A model generated the notes under the pieces. That model was not told the DNA's origin, searched no databases, and saw nothing but the letters and a program-made list of their open reading frames with translations. A stretch of 64,000 nucleotides of DNA from NCBI RefSeq assembly GCF_006345805.1, contig NC_043006.1, forward strand, positions 39,804,001-39,868,000. The letters run 5' to 3'. This DNA comes from Octopus sinensis. Lineage: Eukaryota. Shown piece after piece: positions 42,361-54,255 of the stretch. Both the position numbers and the translations under genes were made by a program. How positions within the stretch are numbered: position 1 is the first letter of the stretch; the number at the start of each line of letters is the position of its first letter.

Positions 42361-42505
42361 ATTAGTTTTATTTTTATAGCGTGCTTTCACTTCACTACCG
42401 AGCGCAGCTCTGTGTGCCTTGGTATGTGCTGTGATTTGTTGTGATGCTCCTGCTTGGTTATTGTATGGAAAGTGTTCTGGCGTAGGATGTGTTGCAGTGC
42501 CTATA
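42361..42505 (-). mobile_element. Second R4/Dong-like 3' end, truncated by the assembly gap
   Basis: Minus strand gives GTA(fs)HILR(fs)RTLSIQ*, similar to the TAHILRKALSN* end of 41184-41995. The short UTR runs into (TAA)n at 42290-42360. Confidence 0.6.
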
Positions 42506-42605
42506 NNNNNNNNNNNNNNNNNNNNNNNNNNNNNNNNNNNNNNNNNNNNNNNNNNNNNNNNNNNNNNNNNNNNNNNNNNNNNNNNNNNNNNNNNNNNNNN
42601 NNNNN
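42506..42605. other. Assembly gap (100 N)
   Basis: Run of exactly 100 N. Confidence 1.
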
Positions 42606-43720
42606 AGAGATAAAAGAATGATTAAGCAAATAGACAAAAATATGTTTCTCACAAAAGCAAGTCTAAGAATGAGAAATATTCTCCTTATTGCTTTTGCAAA
42701 CCCGTGTGCTGTGCTTTTGTATTTATTTGTCCAACTAATCTTGTTAATTTTCCTCTATGATCCTTTAACTATTGGTAGATTTTGTAAATTAATGATAGAG
42801 TTCCTGCTTTTCTTGTTTTGATGTGAAATTCAAACGAAAATATTGAATATAAAATCTGTTCAGCCTTATTTCTCATACATTAACCCCTCAGAATGTAATG
42901 ACGGTTAAAATGCCGCTAAGCATATTGTCCGGTTTGATAACGATTCTGCCAGCTCGCCACCCTAAAGACTTGCCATTAATAATGTTCACATAAACACAAG
43001 ACCACGGAGTACATGGATGGTGTTAGTGCAACAGATCGACCCCCATCCAGAAGTTGGTTGGTTCTTATTTTTTCAACTTAGGAATATTGAAGCGGAAGGC
43101 CAATCTCGGTAGAATTTAAAATCAAAGGTAAAAGTGTGTAAATGAATACAACAAATTATTTAGTCAGTTGCTTTACACTGGCAGCAATTCAATGCTCTCG
43201 CTTTCCAATAATAATGATTTCTCACATAATTATATTTCTCACATAATAATGATTTCTCACAAAGATAAAAATGAACATAGTAAAGTGGTCAAAGTCAACT
43301 CAGATGTTACTAATATTGAGATCTTTGCTTTACTTTTTATTAATACAGAAATGTTTGCTTTAATTTTTCAGAGTTTCTCTTATAATTATTATTTTCAAGT
43401 GCAGGAAATGTAGAGTAACAAAAAACGGAACATTAAATGTTTCGTAGTATTTGCTTTAGAGGTTAAGTTGTTACACTGCCCATCATAAAACCGTGGTTTT
43501 GCTCCCCGGATCGTGTAGTTCCGTGTGTTCTTGAGAGAAACGCATCATTTCAATTTGCCCACTTCACTCGGCAGTAAATGAGTTCCAAGTATAAGTGGAA
43601 AGTTAACCATGCTTGTGACCGACGTCCCGTCCAGGAAAGTGTGCTGTAATTTCAGTCACTTATTCACCGTGGACACCGCATTAAGCAGACATATGTATTT
43701 GTTTTCTTCTGTGTTGTGAT

Positions 43721-44040
43721 TAAGGTCGCGTGGCTTTGTGGTTAGTGTATTCGGCTCAGGTTCGTAAGGACGTGAGTTCGATTACTGATGATGCATCTTG
43801 TCCTTGAGCAAAATACTTTATTTCACATTGCTCCAATTCACTCGGCTGGCAAAAATAAATCATACCTGTAGTTCAATGGTCTAGCCGTGTCACATTCGGT
43901 AGGTCTCGCTGAATTTCCCTTAGATCTACGTTAAGGGTACGCATGTCTGTGGAATACTGAGACACTTGCACGTTAATTTCGCGACCAGGTTATTCCATTG
44001 ATTGATTTAACTGAAACACTGATCGTAGAAACTGACGGAG
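43721..44040 (+). mobile_element. SINE family 3-related old copy
   Basis: GCGTGGCTTTGTGGTTAG...GAGTTCGATTAC...TCCTTGAGCAAAATACTTTATTTCACATTGCTCC. Confidence 0.7.
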
Positions 44041-44385
44041 TATTGTGAATTTGGATTCCTTTGTTTTTATATATCATTCCTATATTTTATGCGAATGGAC
44101 GTTCATTCCTATAAAATAAGTAAGATCCATCATGTATTAGCAACATCTGAGTTGACAATAACCACTTTACTATGTTCAGTTTTGGTTTTGTGACTGAGAA
44201 ATCATTATTATAGGAAAGTGAGAGTAGTGATATGCTGCAAGTGTAAAGCAACTGATTAAATAATTTGTTGTATTCATTTACACACTTTTAAATTCTACCG
44301 AGGTTGGCCTTCCGCTTCAATATTCCTAAGTTGAAAAAATTAGAACCAACCAGCTTCTGGGTGGGGGTCGATCTGTTGCACTAAC

Positions 44386-44642
44386 TTTTCTTATTTCTTT
44401 ACTGCCCACAAGGGGCTAAGCATAGAGGGGACAAACAAGGACAGACAAAGGGATTAATTCGATAACATCGACCTCAGTACGTAACTGGTACTTATTTAAT
44501 CGACCACGAAAAGATGAAAGGCAAAGTCGACCTCGGCGGAATTTGAACTCAGAACGTAACGGCAGACGAAATAGCGCTAAGCATTTAGCGGTATCTAGCT
44601 AAACGTTAGCCCGGTGTGCTAACGTTTCTGCCAGCTCGCCGC
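44386..44642 (-). mobile_element. SINE family 1 (young) with 13-bp TSD
   Basis: TSD CTGTTGCACTAAC at 44373-44385 and 44643-44655. The site is unoccupied in the left arm of the duplication. Confidence 0.92.
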
Positions 44643-45699
44643 CTGTTGCACTAACACCATCCCCGTACTCTGAGGTCTTGTGCTTATGTGAACATTATTA
44701 ATGGCAAGTCTTTAGGGTGGCGAGCTGGCCGAATCGTTACCATACCGGACAAAATGCTTAGCGGCATTTTAACCGTCATTACATGCTGAGGGGTTAATGT
44801 ATGAGAAGTTGGGTCGAGCAGATTCGTGTTGTCGAAGTGCTGCATGGCTATTCACATTTAGAAGAGAGGGTGAGAATTCTTAGTAGGAGAGGCAAAGAGA
44901 TAAATTTCAACAGTAATGATAAAGTGTCCACGTATCTCCCCAAGGTACATGTATGAAATAATTCTGAGCTCAACTTTCCCTTTCATCCTTTCATGTCGAT
45001 AAAATATATAACAGACAATCTTATTTGGTATCGATTTAAATGAGTGGTTTTTGTGCTTCTCGGGCTTCTTCAAGTAAAGAACTACGACTGAGAATTTCAT
45101 TTGAATTTTCCAAATGCTGTTTACGCTCGAAGGACAAATGAGATTTCTAACGCCAACAGCCCTGTATTCATAAAACAAGCTGTGGCTCCACGTTTAATTA
45201 GCTTTCAACGACATAATGAGGGAAGAATCTAACGAAAATCCTATAATTTACGGGATATGTGATGCGTTAGTCATCATGCTAAATTCATGTCGATAAATTT
45301 TGCATCAAAGCAAAGAAAAAAATGTAAAAAAAGAATGAACGAGACATAGGCGTGGCTGTGTGCTACGAAACTTGCTTCCCAGTCACATGGACTTGGGTTC
45401 AATCACTGCGTGGCACCTTAGGAACGTGTCTTTTACTATAACCCTAGTCCAACCAAAGAATTGTAAGTGGAATTAGGAGACGGAAACTGAAAGAAGCCTT
45501 TGTACGTGTTTGTGTGAGTTGATACAAGTGTAAAGCAATGGATTAAATACCTTATTGTATTCATTTTGTAGCATAGCGGTTCGGCAAAATTGACCGATGG
45601 AATAAGTACTAGGCTATAAAAAACAAGGTGTTGAGGTCTATCAATATGATTGAATATTCTTAAAGGCGATGCCCCAGGATGATTGCAGTAAAGGATAAC

Positions 45700-45724
45700 T
45701 AGACAGACAGACAGACAGACTTAC

Positions 45725-45801
<77 letters not shown>

Positions 45802-45831
45802 TATATATAGATAGATAGAGAGAGAGAGAGG

Positions 45832-45864
<33 letters not shown>

Positions 45865-46130
45865 GGAAGGAAGAAAGAAAAAAGAAAGAAAATAAAGACG
45901 GGAAAAAAGAAAGAAAGAAAGAAAGACAAAAGAAGGAGAGAAAGAAAGAAAAAAGGGAAGAGAGGGAGAGAGGGAGAGAGAAGAGAGAGAAGAAAGAATG
46001 AAAGAAAGAGAGAAAGAAAGAAAGGAGGGAAGAAAGAAAGGAGAGAAGAAAAGGAAGCAACGAAAGAAGAAACAAAAAAGGGAAGAAAGAAAAGAGAAAG
46101 AAACAAACCCAAACAAAACAGAGAGTGAAA

Positions 46131-46171
<41 letters not shown>

Positions 46172-46230
46172 AGTAAAGGAAGAAAGGAAGAAAGGAGGAA
46201 ACAAAGGAAGAAATGAAGAAAGAGTGACGA
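45700..46230. repeat. (AGAC)(ATAG)(AG)(AAAG) compound purine tract
   Basis: Tetranucleotide arrays grading into a degenerate A/G-only tract. Confidence 0.9.
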
Positions 46231-46951
46231 AGAGAAAGAAACTCTTACACACCTCACCTGACACGCATCTGGTTGCCAGGAAGTAGGCAACCTGTACAAG
46301 TTATTTGGATATTTTTTAATGGCGCGTTTAGTTCAAGGCTTGAATCTGTTTTGAAATGTTGGAAAAGAAATAACAGGAAAAATGAATAAACAAACTAAAT
46401 ATCCAAATTTTAATAAGGCTGAAGAGGAAAAATGGTCGACAGAATGCTGAGGCCGAAGAGGCAGTGACATACTATAACTTATAATTGATTAATCTTTTCC
46501 TTGTTACGGGTATTGGAGTGCGCCCATGCTAGAGCATCACCTTAAAAAAGGTTTATTCAAACAAATCGACGTCAATACTTATTTTTCAAAAGTTTTCGAC
46601 TTAATACATCGGTATCTTTTGCCGAGCTGCTAAGTTCTGGGAATGTAAAAACAACCCAGCGCTGGTTGTCAAGTATGGAGACAGACACAAACACACAGAC
46701 ACACAGTGGCACGCACACACACACACATATATATGTATGTATATATATTTATGTATATTAGTATTCTTAAAAAAGAATATTATTGACAGTGATTTCGAAG
46801 TTTCGGCCAGTCAAACCATCAGGTTAATGTAAAGTTATTTTCATTATAACTGAACGCACATACACACACATATAGTTGAAATTTACAGAAAAACAAAAGA
46901 CAAACAACAAGTAGGTATGTTAGTTTGACGCTTAAGGAAGGTGAGAAAGTC

Positions 46952-46987
46952 TTTTACGTTTCGAGCCTACGCTCTTCAATAGAAAGG
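46952..46987 (-). ncRNA. Minimal hammerhead-ribozyme-like motif (non-canonical core)
   Basis: CTTT-CTATTGAA-GAGC GTAG GCTC-GAAAC-GTA-AAAG: stem I CTTT/AAAG, stem II GAGC/GCTC, loopless stem III. Confidence 0.45.
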
Positions 46988-47044
46988 AACACGATGAAAT
47001 AAACAGGGAGAGAATAAAAAACTTTTGGAGTTAGCGGTCAATCA

Positions 47045-47075
<31 letters not shown>

Positions 47076-47132
47076 TAATGTATGTATGTATATATGTATG
47101 TATGCATGTATGTATGTATGTATGTATGTATG

Positions 47133-47164
<32 letters not shown>

Positions 47165-47386
47165 AATTATAATGTAGGGTCTCTAAGAGAAACCACAACG
47201 CTGAAAATAACAGTCAAGACTTGACTCTAAATTCACATTAAATGTTCATACAGCACCAGGAGAGAAGACAAAGAGACAAAATAAATTAGCAAAATATTGC
47301 TGGATAATTTCAGAACCCGGATTTCTGGCTCTGCATAAGAAATGCTCTGCCTTCATCAGTGGAATATACTCAGAAAGCACATAAAT

Positions 47387-47444
<58 letters not shown>

Positions 47445-47756
47445 GTATGTATACATTTCCAGGATTCAAGAGAATTAGGTACTTAAACAATTGGTGGCGC
47501 TACCGTGTGCAAACAATGTATAATAACGAATACGTATTCACTGAGGTAAACACGGATTTGTTATCCATTTATCCATACATTCATAAATGGCTGACTGAAT
47601 ACACAGCAATTCTTCAAAGTCACACCTGAGTACACTTCCTGCACCTATTGCATCGCCGTCTATAGACTTCAGATCAAAACGAATAGCAGGTGCGATGAGT
47701 TCTCACACAGTTTCGGTCTGCTAAATCCAATCACAAGGCATAGGTTGGCATATTTG

Positions 47757-48101
47757 AGACCGCCTTTGTTCATGAATGACCATGGGATTGCACCTTGAAG
47801 GTTACCCTCCCAGGCACAAGTCGGAGCAAGGTTGTTTATGGAAGACCAGCAGTCGCCCATGCATACCGGTCACCCCTCTCCACGCCACGCCACAAAGGAA
47901 AGGCAAAGGCCAATACAGCTTGGCTCCAGTGACGTCGCAACTCATTTCTACGGTTGAGTGAACTGGAGCAGCGTGAAATAAAGTGTATTGCTGAAGAAGA
48001 CAACACGCAGCCCGGTTCGGTGAAAGCACCAACCTCACAACCGAACTCACAACCTCACAATTGTAAGCTCGACGATTCTAACCACCGAGCCATGCGCCTT
48101 C
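47757..48101 (-). mobile_element. SINE family 3
   Basis: Homologous to 26257-26575 along its length. Head GAAGGCGCATGGCTCGGTGGTTAG. Confidence 0.85.
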
Positions 48102-48116
48102 TCTGCTTGGCATAGT

Positions 48117-48194
<78 letters not shown>

Positions 48195-48210
48195 ATATAT
48201 ACTATATATA

Positions 48211-48269
<59 letters not shown>

Positions 48270-48691
48270 ATATATATATAGTACACGTCACGCGCCCAAA
48301 GTACCGTGCAGCAGAAACGAACCTGTAGTTACATGTTTTCAAAGCAGCCATACCTGCGTCTAAATTAATGCGTTTGAATAATTTTCTACAGCATGGAGAG
48401 ACAAGTATGTCATGATTCAGTGTTACAAGCCTTTGAAACAACTATAAATTTATCCAACGACGTCACTGTGTAATTTTGATCGATTCATACCACTTCCGTT
48501 TTTCTTGACCTCTGTGTTTTCTTCTTGCTTCTTTTCATACTCATATTGGTTTTAACAGTAAAATACTTTTCATTGATATCGTAAACATTTTACTTGTTTT
48601 TCGTTTTTGTTTTTGCTTTTGTTTTTTCACAAGTTATAAAATGATGACAGGATGTATATTGTATCTTGGTTTCCGAATTTTATCTTGATGT

Positions 48692-49260
48692 ATGTATGTC
48701 ATTATTCAGTTTTATTTCAAGATTTCTTGCATATAGAGAAAGAGCCGGTTTCTAACCTAGATTCAAGGATCCTTCATTGGAATATCAACATCAACAACAG
48801 GGTATTTTTTTAATGTATGTATGTACGTATGTATGCATGTATACGTGCAGATTTGTATGTTTTGCTTTATGTATGTATTCTCATGCTTCTAGTTGCATAT
48901 CTAAACATGCTCACATATACTTAAATGATAAACTTCTGGAAGGTTTTACAGATTTTTACAATGTCTGTATGTAATTCTTTAGGTTTATTTCTAGATATCT
49001 TGCCAATTGAGAAGATCCAGTTTCCAAATTAGAACCAAGGCTTCTTTATTACAAGTTCAACATTAGCTGGGTTGCTGTGCATGTATATATGTGTATGTAC
49101 AAGTTTTTGAAGATTCGTACGTTTTGCCTTATATATGTTTGCTCATACATATGGATGCATATCTAGACATGCTCATATATATTTAAATGATAAACTTCCG
49201 CAAAGTTTTACAAATTTTTACAGTTCCAATGATGGATTGAATCTGTTGTCTCCAAATTAA
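48692..49260 (+). repeat. Unclassified dispersed repeat with internal (ATGT)n; further copies at about 59560-59910 and 60313-60480 (minus)
   Basis: Shared blocks TTCAGTTTTATTTCAAGATTTCTTG...CCGGTTTCTAACCTAGAT..AAGG.TCCTTCATTGGAAT and ATGATAAACTTC.GGAA.GTTTTACAGATTTTTACA. Confidence 0.75.
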
Positions 49261-50077
49261 CGTTCTCCTTTCTGGCCTAATTTCTCAAGACAGGTATTTT
49301 GGCAGTGTGTTACGTATCCCAGGGCCTCAGTAATTACAGGTATAAACCTGAACTTGTAATCTGGATAGAATAACTATCAATAGTTCAGGGTAGGTATTCT
49401 CTTTTTCACTGATCTTCAGCTTTAATGTATGTATGTATGTATGTATGTATGTATGTATGTATGTATGTATGTATGTATGCATGTATATGTATGTATGTAT
49501 GTATGTATATATATGTATGTATGTACGTATGTATATATGCATGTATTATGTGTATATGTATAATGTGTGATTTTTATTTTTTATTTGTTTCCGTTATTAC
49601 ATTGTGGCTAACTGTGGCACTGCCTTGAAGAGTTTTTAGCCGAATGAATTGGTACTGTATATAAATAGTTATCGCCAAGCTAATATGGCAGTCCATAAAT
49701 ATAGGACTGCTGCCGTAATCTCCTTTAGAGAAACGTAGGAATATTAATATTTCTATTTTTGAAAACCAGTTGATGTATTCCACTGAATTTAGGTAAATAA
49801 TCCTTCGAACAGACGGTCAGTAGCGACCGCCTGCTGGGTTAGGCTGCTCTGCATTGATAAGGGGCAAATACCCTGAAACGGCTGACCTTCCCTGTTCGAA
49901 GGTTATAATGGACACAGGTTCGTGTGTCACATAGCTAGCTAGAGGCGATGGTCTCTTAGAGCTAATCAACGGCAGGGTTCGTCCTATATTTCTGGACTGA
50001 TATATTAGCTAGCTATGTATATATACATAGCTAGCTAAATAAATAGACAGACGACAGACAGACAGACAGACAGATAG

Positions 50078-50137
<60 letters not shown>

Positions 50138-50383
50138 ATGAGAGAGGGAGCGTAGAGGGAGAAAAAGAGAGAAAGAGACGAAAGTGCGTGTGCGTACGAA
50201 TGTGTGCGTGTGCGTGTGTGTATATTATGCATGGATATATGTATGCATGTGTGCTTGCGTGTTCGTGTATGTGTTTATATGTGTCTGTATTTCACGTGCG
50301 GGCGTACATTAAGTATGGCTGGTAGCAAAGTCTGGAGTAAATGCATGCTGCTGTCTCCTTGCTTACGGGTGCGTAAGAATGAC

Positions 50384-50419
<36 letters not shown>

Positions 50420-51109
50420 CGAAAGAGACAGACAGACAGACAGACAGATAGACTGACAGACAGATAAAAAGAGAGAGAGAGATTATGATTAGTGTTATGA
50501 TTACCTGTCAGTGAATCGTGTTCATCCCTGAAAAGCGATTATTTCATTGAAACTAATCTAATGGCTGAATTTTCGTAGCTAAAGCAATTTTTTTCTTTAT
50601 TTTCTGCTGCGTGATTTGACGGAATTGCGATTATCTCTTTAACACCATTCTTGAGACATGCTAAAATAATTTAATTGAACAGATATTGGAATTTAATCAA
50701 CTGAATTTAATTTTATAGCTAATGCTTTGATTTTTTGTGGTTTTTCTTTTTTCTTTTTTCTTTTTTTTTTGCATGTTTCAAGTGAATTGCAATGATCTCG
50801 TTAACTCTGCTAGTTCCAGCACCTGTTACCATTGTATTTCCTTTTTCCTGCCTATGAATGAATCAGTGAATGGACCTACCCATTTTTAGTTAGCTTGTAC
50901 ATGTATTTATACCCTATAATGTTTAGGAACGAAAGTGTAGAATGGGTGAATGACTACATGGATTTTAGAGGGGAAAGAAGCGCATTTTAAAAATTTGTAA
51001 CACATCTAATAATACATCACCTTTTAATTTAATTATTCAAATTTTTGTCATTGGTCCAATTGAGTTATTTCCCTTAGCTCATTTAATTTGTAATAATGCA
51101 TATTGGTCT

Positions 51110-51250
51110 CACATTTTGGCACAAGACCAGCAATTTCAGGGTGCAGAGAAGTCGATTACATCGAACCCAGTGCTCAACCGGTAATATTTTATCGACCTTG
51201 ATAGGATGAACTGCAAAGTCGACCTCGGTGGAATTTGAACTCAGACGAAA
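51110..51250 (-). mobile_element. SINE family 1 fragment
   Basis: GCAAAGTCGACCTCGGTGGAATTTGAACTCAGA. Confidence 0.75.
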
Positions 51251-51449
51251 TACAACTCACAAAACGTTGGGGTTTACATCGATCGAAGAGGAGAGAAAAC
51301 ATAGATAACGCAATGAAAGATATAAAAATAGAATTTAGAACAATGAATGAATATGTAAATTAATAAATAAATGATATCCCAAATATCAATACAATCTGTG
51401 GAAGACACTTTTATCATTCAAAAACACTAAAAAATGTTTTTTTTTAAAT

Positions 51450-51745
51450 CGATATATCATCCAGTCAGGCTGATTGTCCACAGCAACACATTACTCACAA
51501 TTTCTTTATTTCTTCTGCAGTGGCCAGCAATCCTCAATCTCCGCTCTTGGATGGTTGATGAGAGAAAGTTGGTACGTTCCCATACAACCGTTCTTTTGAT
51601 GGGTTCTCCCTACAAGAGTTGTTGAGCACTGCACATAACATTCTGGTGTAGGCACCGCTCAGCATGCACCTGAGTCTCTCGCTGAGTGTCCAAGTCGGAG
51701 ATCCATCTACAAGCACAGATACAGCTACAGCTCTGTTGTTAACAA
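51450..51745 (-). pseudogene. RTE-like LINE ORF2 C-terminal fragment
   Basis: VSVLVDGSPTWTL..MLSGAYTRMLCAVLN..PSKERLYGNVP, then IAGHCRRNKEIVSNVLLW. Resembles the RTE LYG.ETWT...LDGAYTRMLR...AGHC.R region. Confidence 0.72.
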
Positions 51746-52109
51746 TTAAAAGTGTTAATTTCAATTAAACCTTTTTTTTTTTTATTTGGTGTCAAACTTT
51801 TCATTGTACCACGTTATATTAAGATGAAGTGGAACCGTGTCGATGTCCAAGCCGCAGTTGGTGCAACGAAAATTTTGCCATCAAGAAGTTAACAGTTCTT
51901 GTATTTAAGAAGCAGAAGTTATTACAGTATCATTAGAGGTTATTTAATCCATGTTAATACTAACAGAGAAGACTTATGGTGCCTGTTAATTTCGGAAGAA
52001 AGCAAGTTGCAATGCCGATTAGCACCAATACCGTTCTGGCCAGACATAAAAAAAATCTTTTAAGAGACAAAAAAGAATTTTAAAAATCATACACACACTT
52101 GAATATATT

Positions 52110-52740
52110 CTTTCCTACTCTATGCACAAGGCCTGAAACTTTCGGGAAGGGGGCCAAGCGATTCGATCGAAGCCAGTACGCAACTGGTACTTAATTTATC
52201 GACACCGAAAGGATGAAAGGCAAAGTCAACCTCGGCGGAAATACACACGCGAATGTATTATATTGTTTTGTTTTTTTTGTTGTTTCAGTTATTATTCTGC
52301 GGCCATGCTGGAGTACCGCCTTGAATAATTTCAGTCGAATGAACGATTTCGGTGCTTGATTGCTTTAAGTCTTGTACTCACTTGATCAGTCTCTTTAGGG
52401 ACGAAAAGACGCAAACACCGGTTGTCAAGCAAACAGTGGTAGGACCAAACACACATATACACACACGCACGCACATATACATACACATGTATGTATATAT
52501 ATGTGTGTGCGCGTGTGTGTGTGCGTGTGTGTTTATTTGTCCACCACCACAGCTTGAAACCGGTGTTGTGCTGTTTACGTTCCTAAAGAAACGAACCTCT
52601 TTCGGTTTCCGTCTACAAAATCCACTCACAAGGCTGTGGGTCAGCCCGAGGCTATAGCAGAAGACACTAACCCAAAGTACCGTGCAGTGGGACTGAACCC
52701 GGAACCATGTGGTTGGGAAGCCATATCTGCACCTATACAT
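52110..52740 (-). mobile_element. SINE family 1 fragment (52110-52245) followed by a SINE family 2 copy (about 52270-52740)
   Basis: Diagnostic body and tail motifs of each family on the minus strand. Confidence 0.8.
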
Positions 52741-53390
52741 ATACAGTTTTTAAAATCTTTCAATCAGAAGGAAGACAGCGCCCATGATGCTTTCTAGGCC
52801 ATTCAGAATTATTGCGCGGTTCGGAGAAAAGTGTCAGTCACCAAGCCAAACATTTGGTCGGAATACTTAAAACAGAGTCGATTCTCTTAAATCCACACAG
52901 GGGTCAGTTAGTGGTATTAAATTAGCTGCCAGATTAATTTAATTGCCCGAAGGGACAGCAAAGAGTCTTAATTAGAGCAATTAATGAATTCAGTGTACAT
53001 ACAGCACAAAGAAAATTAAACAATAAAACAGCAAATTAAAATCACACAATTGCTCATCTTCGTTAAAGTTAATGAATTAAAGCTTTTCCCACTTTCTATA
53101 TACTCGTACATAGGCTCTGCCGTGGCTGTGTGGTAAGCTTGTTTCCCAACCACACGGTTCCGGGTTCAGTTCCACTACGTGATACCTTGGTTAAATGACT
53201 TCTGCTATAGCTTCAGGACGACCAAAAGCGTTGTGAGTGGATTTCGTTGACAGAAACTGAAAGAAGCCTGTTGTGTATATATATATAGTTAATCCAAACA
53301 AGAAAACACAGAAAAAAAGAAAAAAACACAGCAACGCAGGACGTGGAACAATTAAAGTATTATTGACGCTCAGGAAAGAAAGGAAGGAGG

Positions 53391-53425
53391 GTTTAACGTT
53401 TCGAGCGGAGCTCTTCGTCGGAAAC
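53391..53425 (-). ncRNA. Minimal type I hammerhead-ribozyme-like motif
   Basis: GTTT-CCGACGAA-GAGC TCC GCTC-GAAAC-GTT-AAAC: stem I GTTT/AAAC, near-canonical core (U4C, one extra A), stem II 4 bp, loopless palindromic stem III. Confidence 0.6.
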
Positions 53426-53824
53426 AAGGAGAAGGAAAGATCCAAGAAGGGAAGACAGAGGAAAAAATATTTGAGCTGGTGGTGCTCAAGAGATCACACG
53501 GTTCGGGAAAAAGAATTGATAGCATAAGTACCAGGCTTACAAAGAATAAGTCTAGGGGTCGATGTCTTCGACGAAAAGGCGGTGCTCCAGCATGGCCACG
53601 GAGAAAATGACAAACAAATAAAAATATATATATGTATATATACATAAATTTTTCCAATGAAATTTATAATCTGGCCAAATGCTTTCGTCGTTGGTTTCCC
53701 GAATATAATTTCATATTTTATATAATATTAAAAAATTATTGTATTTTAATTATTGCCCTATAGATAGAAATATTTTGTAAAACATTTGCAAGATTAACAG
53801 TAAACTTTAGCACTTGTTAATAAA

Positions 53825-54255
53825 GGTTCTTTTCGGTTTGAACGGCAGTTTTTCTAGCGGTGTTATATAAAATTGTCACCCATAATTATGATCCTAGTAT
53901 CGATCTATTGCATTTCAATCTGTCTTAGGGTTAGGGTTAGTTAGGGTTAGGGTTAGGGTTAGGGGTGGGGGGAAGGGTATCTTTTTTCTTCAGAAATGTA
54001 AATAAACCCCATCTGTTCTTAAACGAGGGACATATTCATAGGGCACAGAAGTTTCACTCAATAGACGTCATTGATTGGTTGAATTTGCCAGAAATTGAAG
54101 AAAAAAACAACAAATATCTTACAAACTATAGATTTTCTCAATAAAGCCAAGAGAAAAAGATGTTATATAAACCATTCTACCAGTATACGAAGTTTAAAAG
54201 AGTTTAGTTACGTGGAAATTATTTTAAAAAGCTGCTGTTCAAGCCGAAAAGATCC
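53825..54255. mobile_element. MITE with about 30-bp imperfect TIRs and 8-bp TSD, Merlin-like
   Basis: Left TIR GGTTCTTTTCGGTTTGAACGGCAGTTTTT; right TIR reverse complement GGATCTTTTCGGCTTGAACAGCAGCTTTTT. TSD TTAATAAA at 53817-53824 and 54256-54263. Confidence 0.8.
53925..53964 (+). repeat. Interstitial telomeric (TTAGGG)n
   Basis: Six full units plus one truncated TTAG, followed by GTGGGGGG. Confidence 0.9.

Larger units (their letters stand above)
42855..44825. repeat. Inverted segmental duplication (arms about 42855-43330 and 44120-44825)
   Basis: For example, GCCAGCTCGCCACCCTAAAGACTTGCCATTAATAATGTTCACATAA (42948-42993) has its reverse complement at about 44684-44729. Homology continues through non-SINE flanking DNA. 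Confidence 0.88.
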
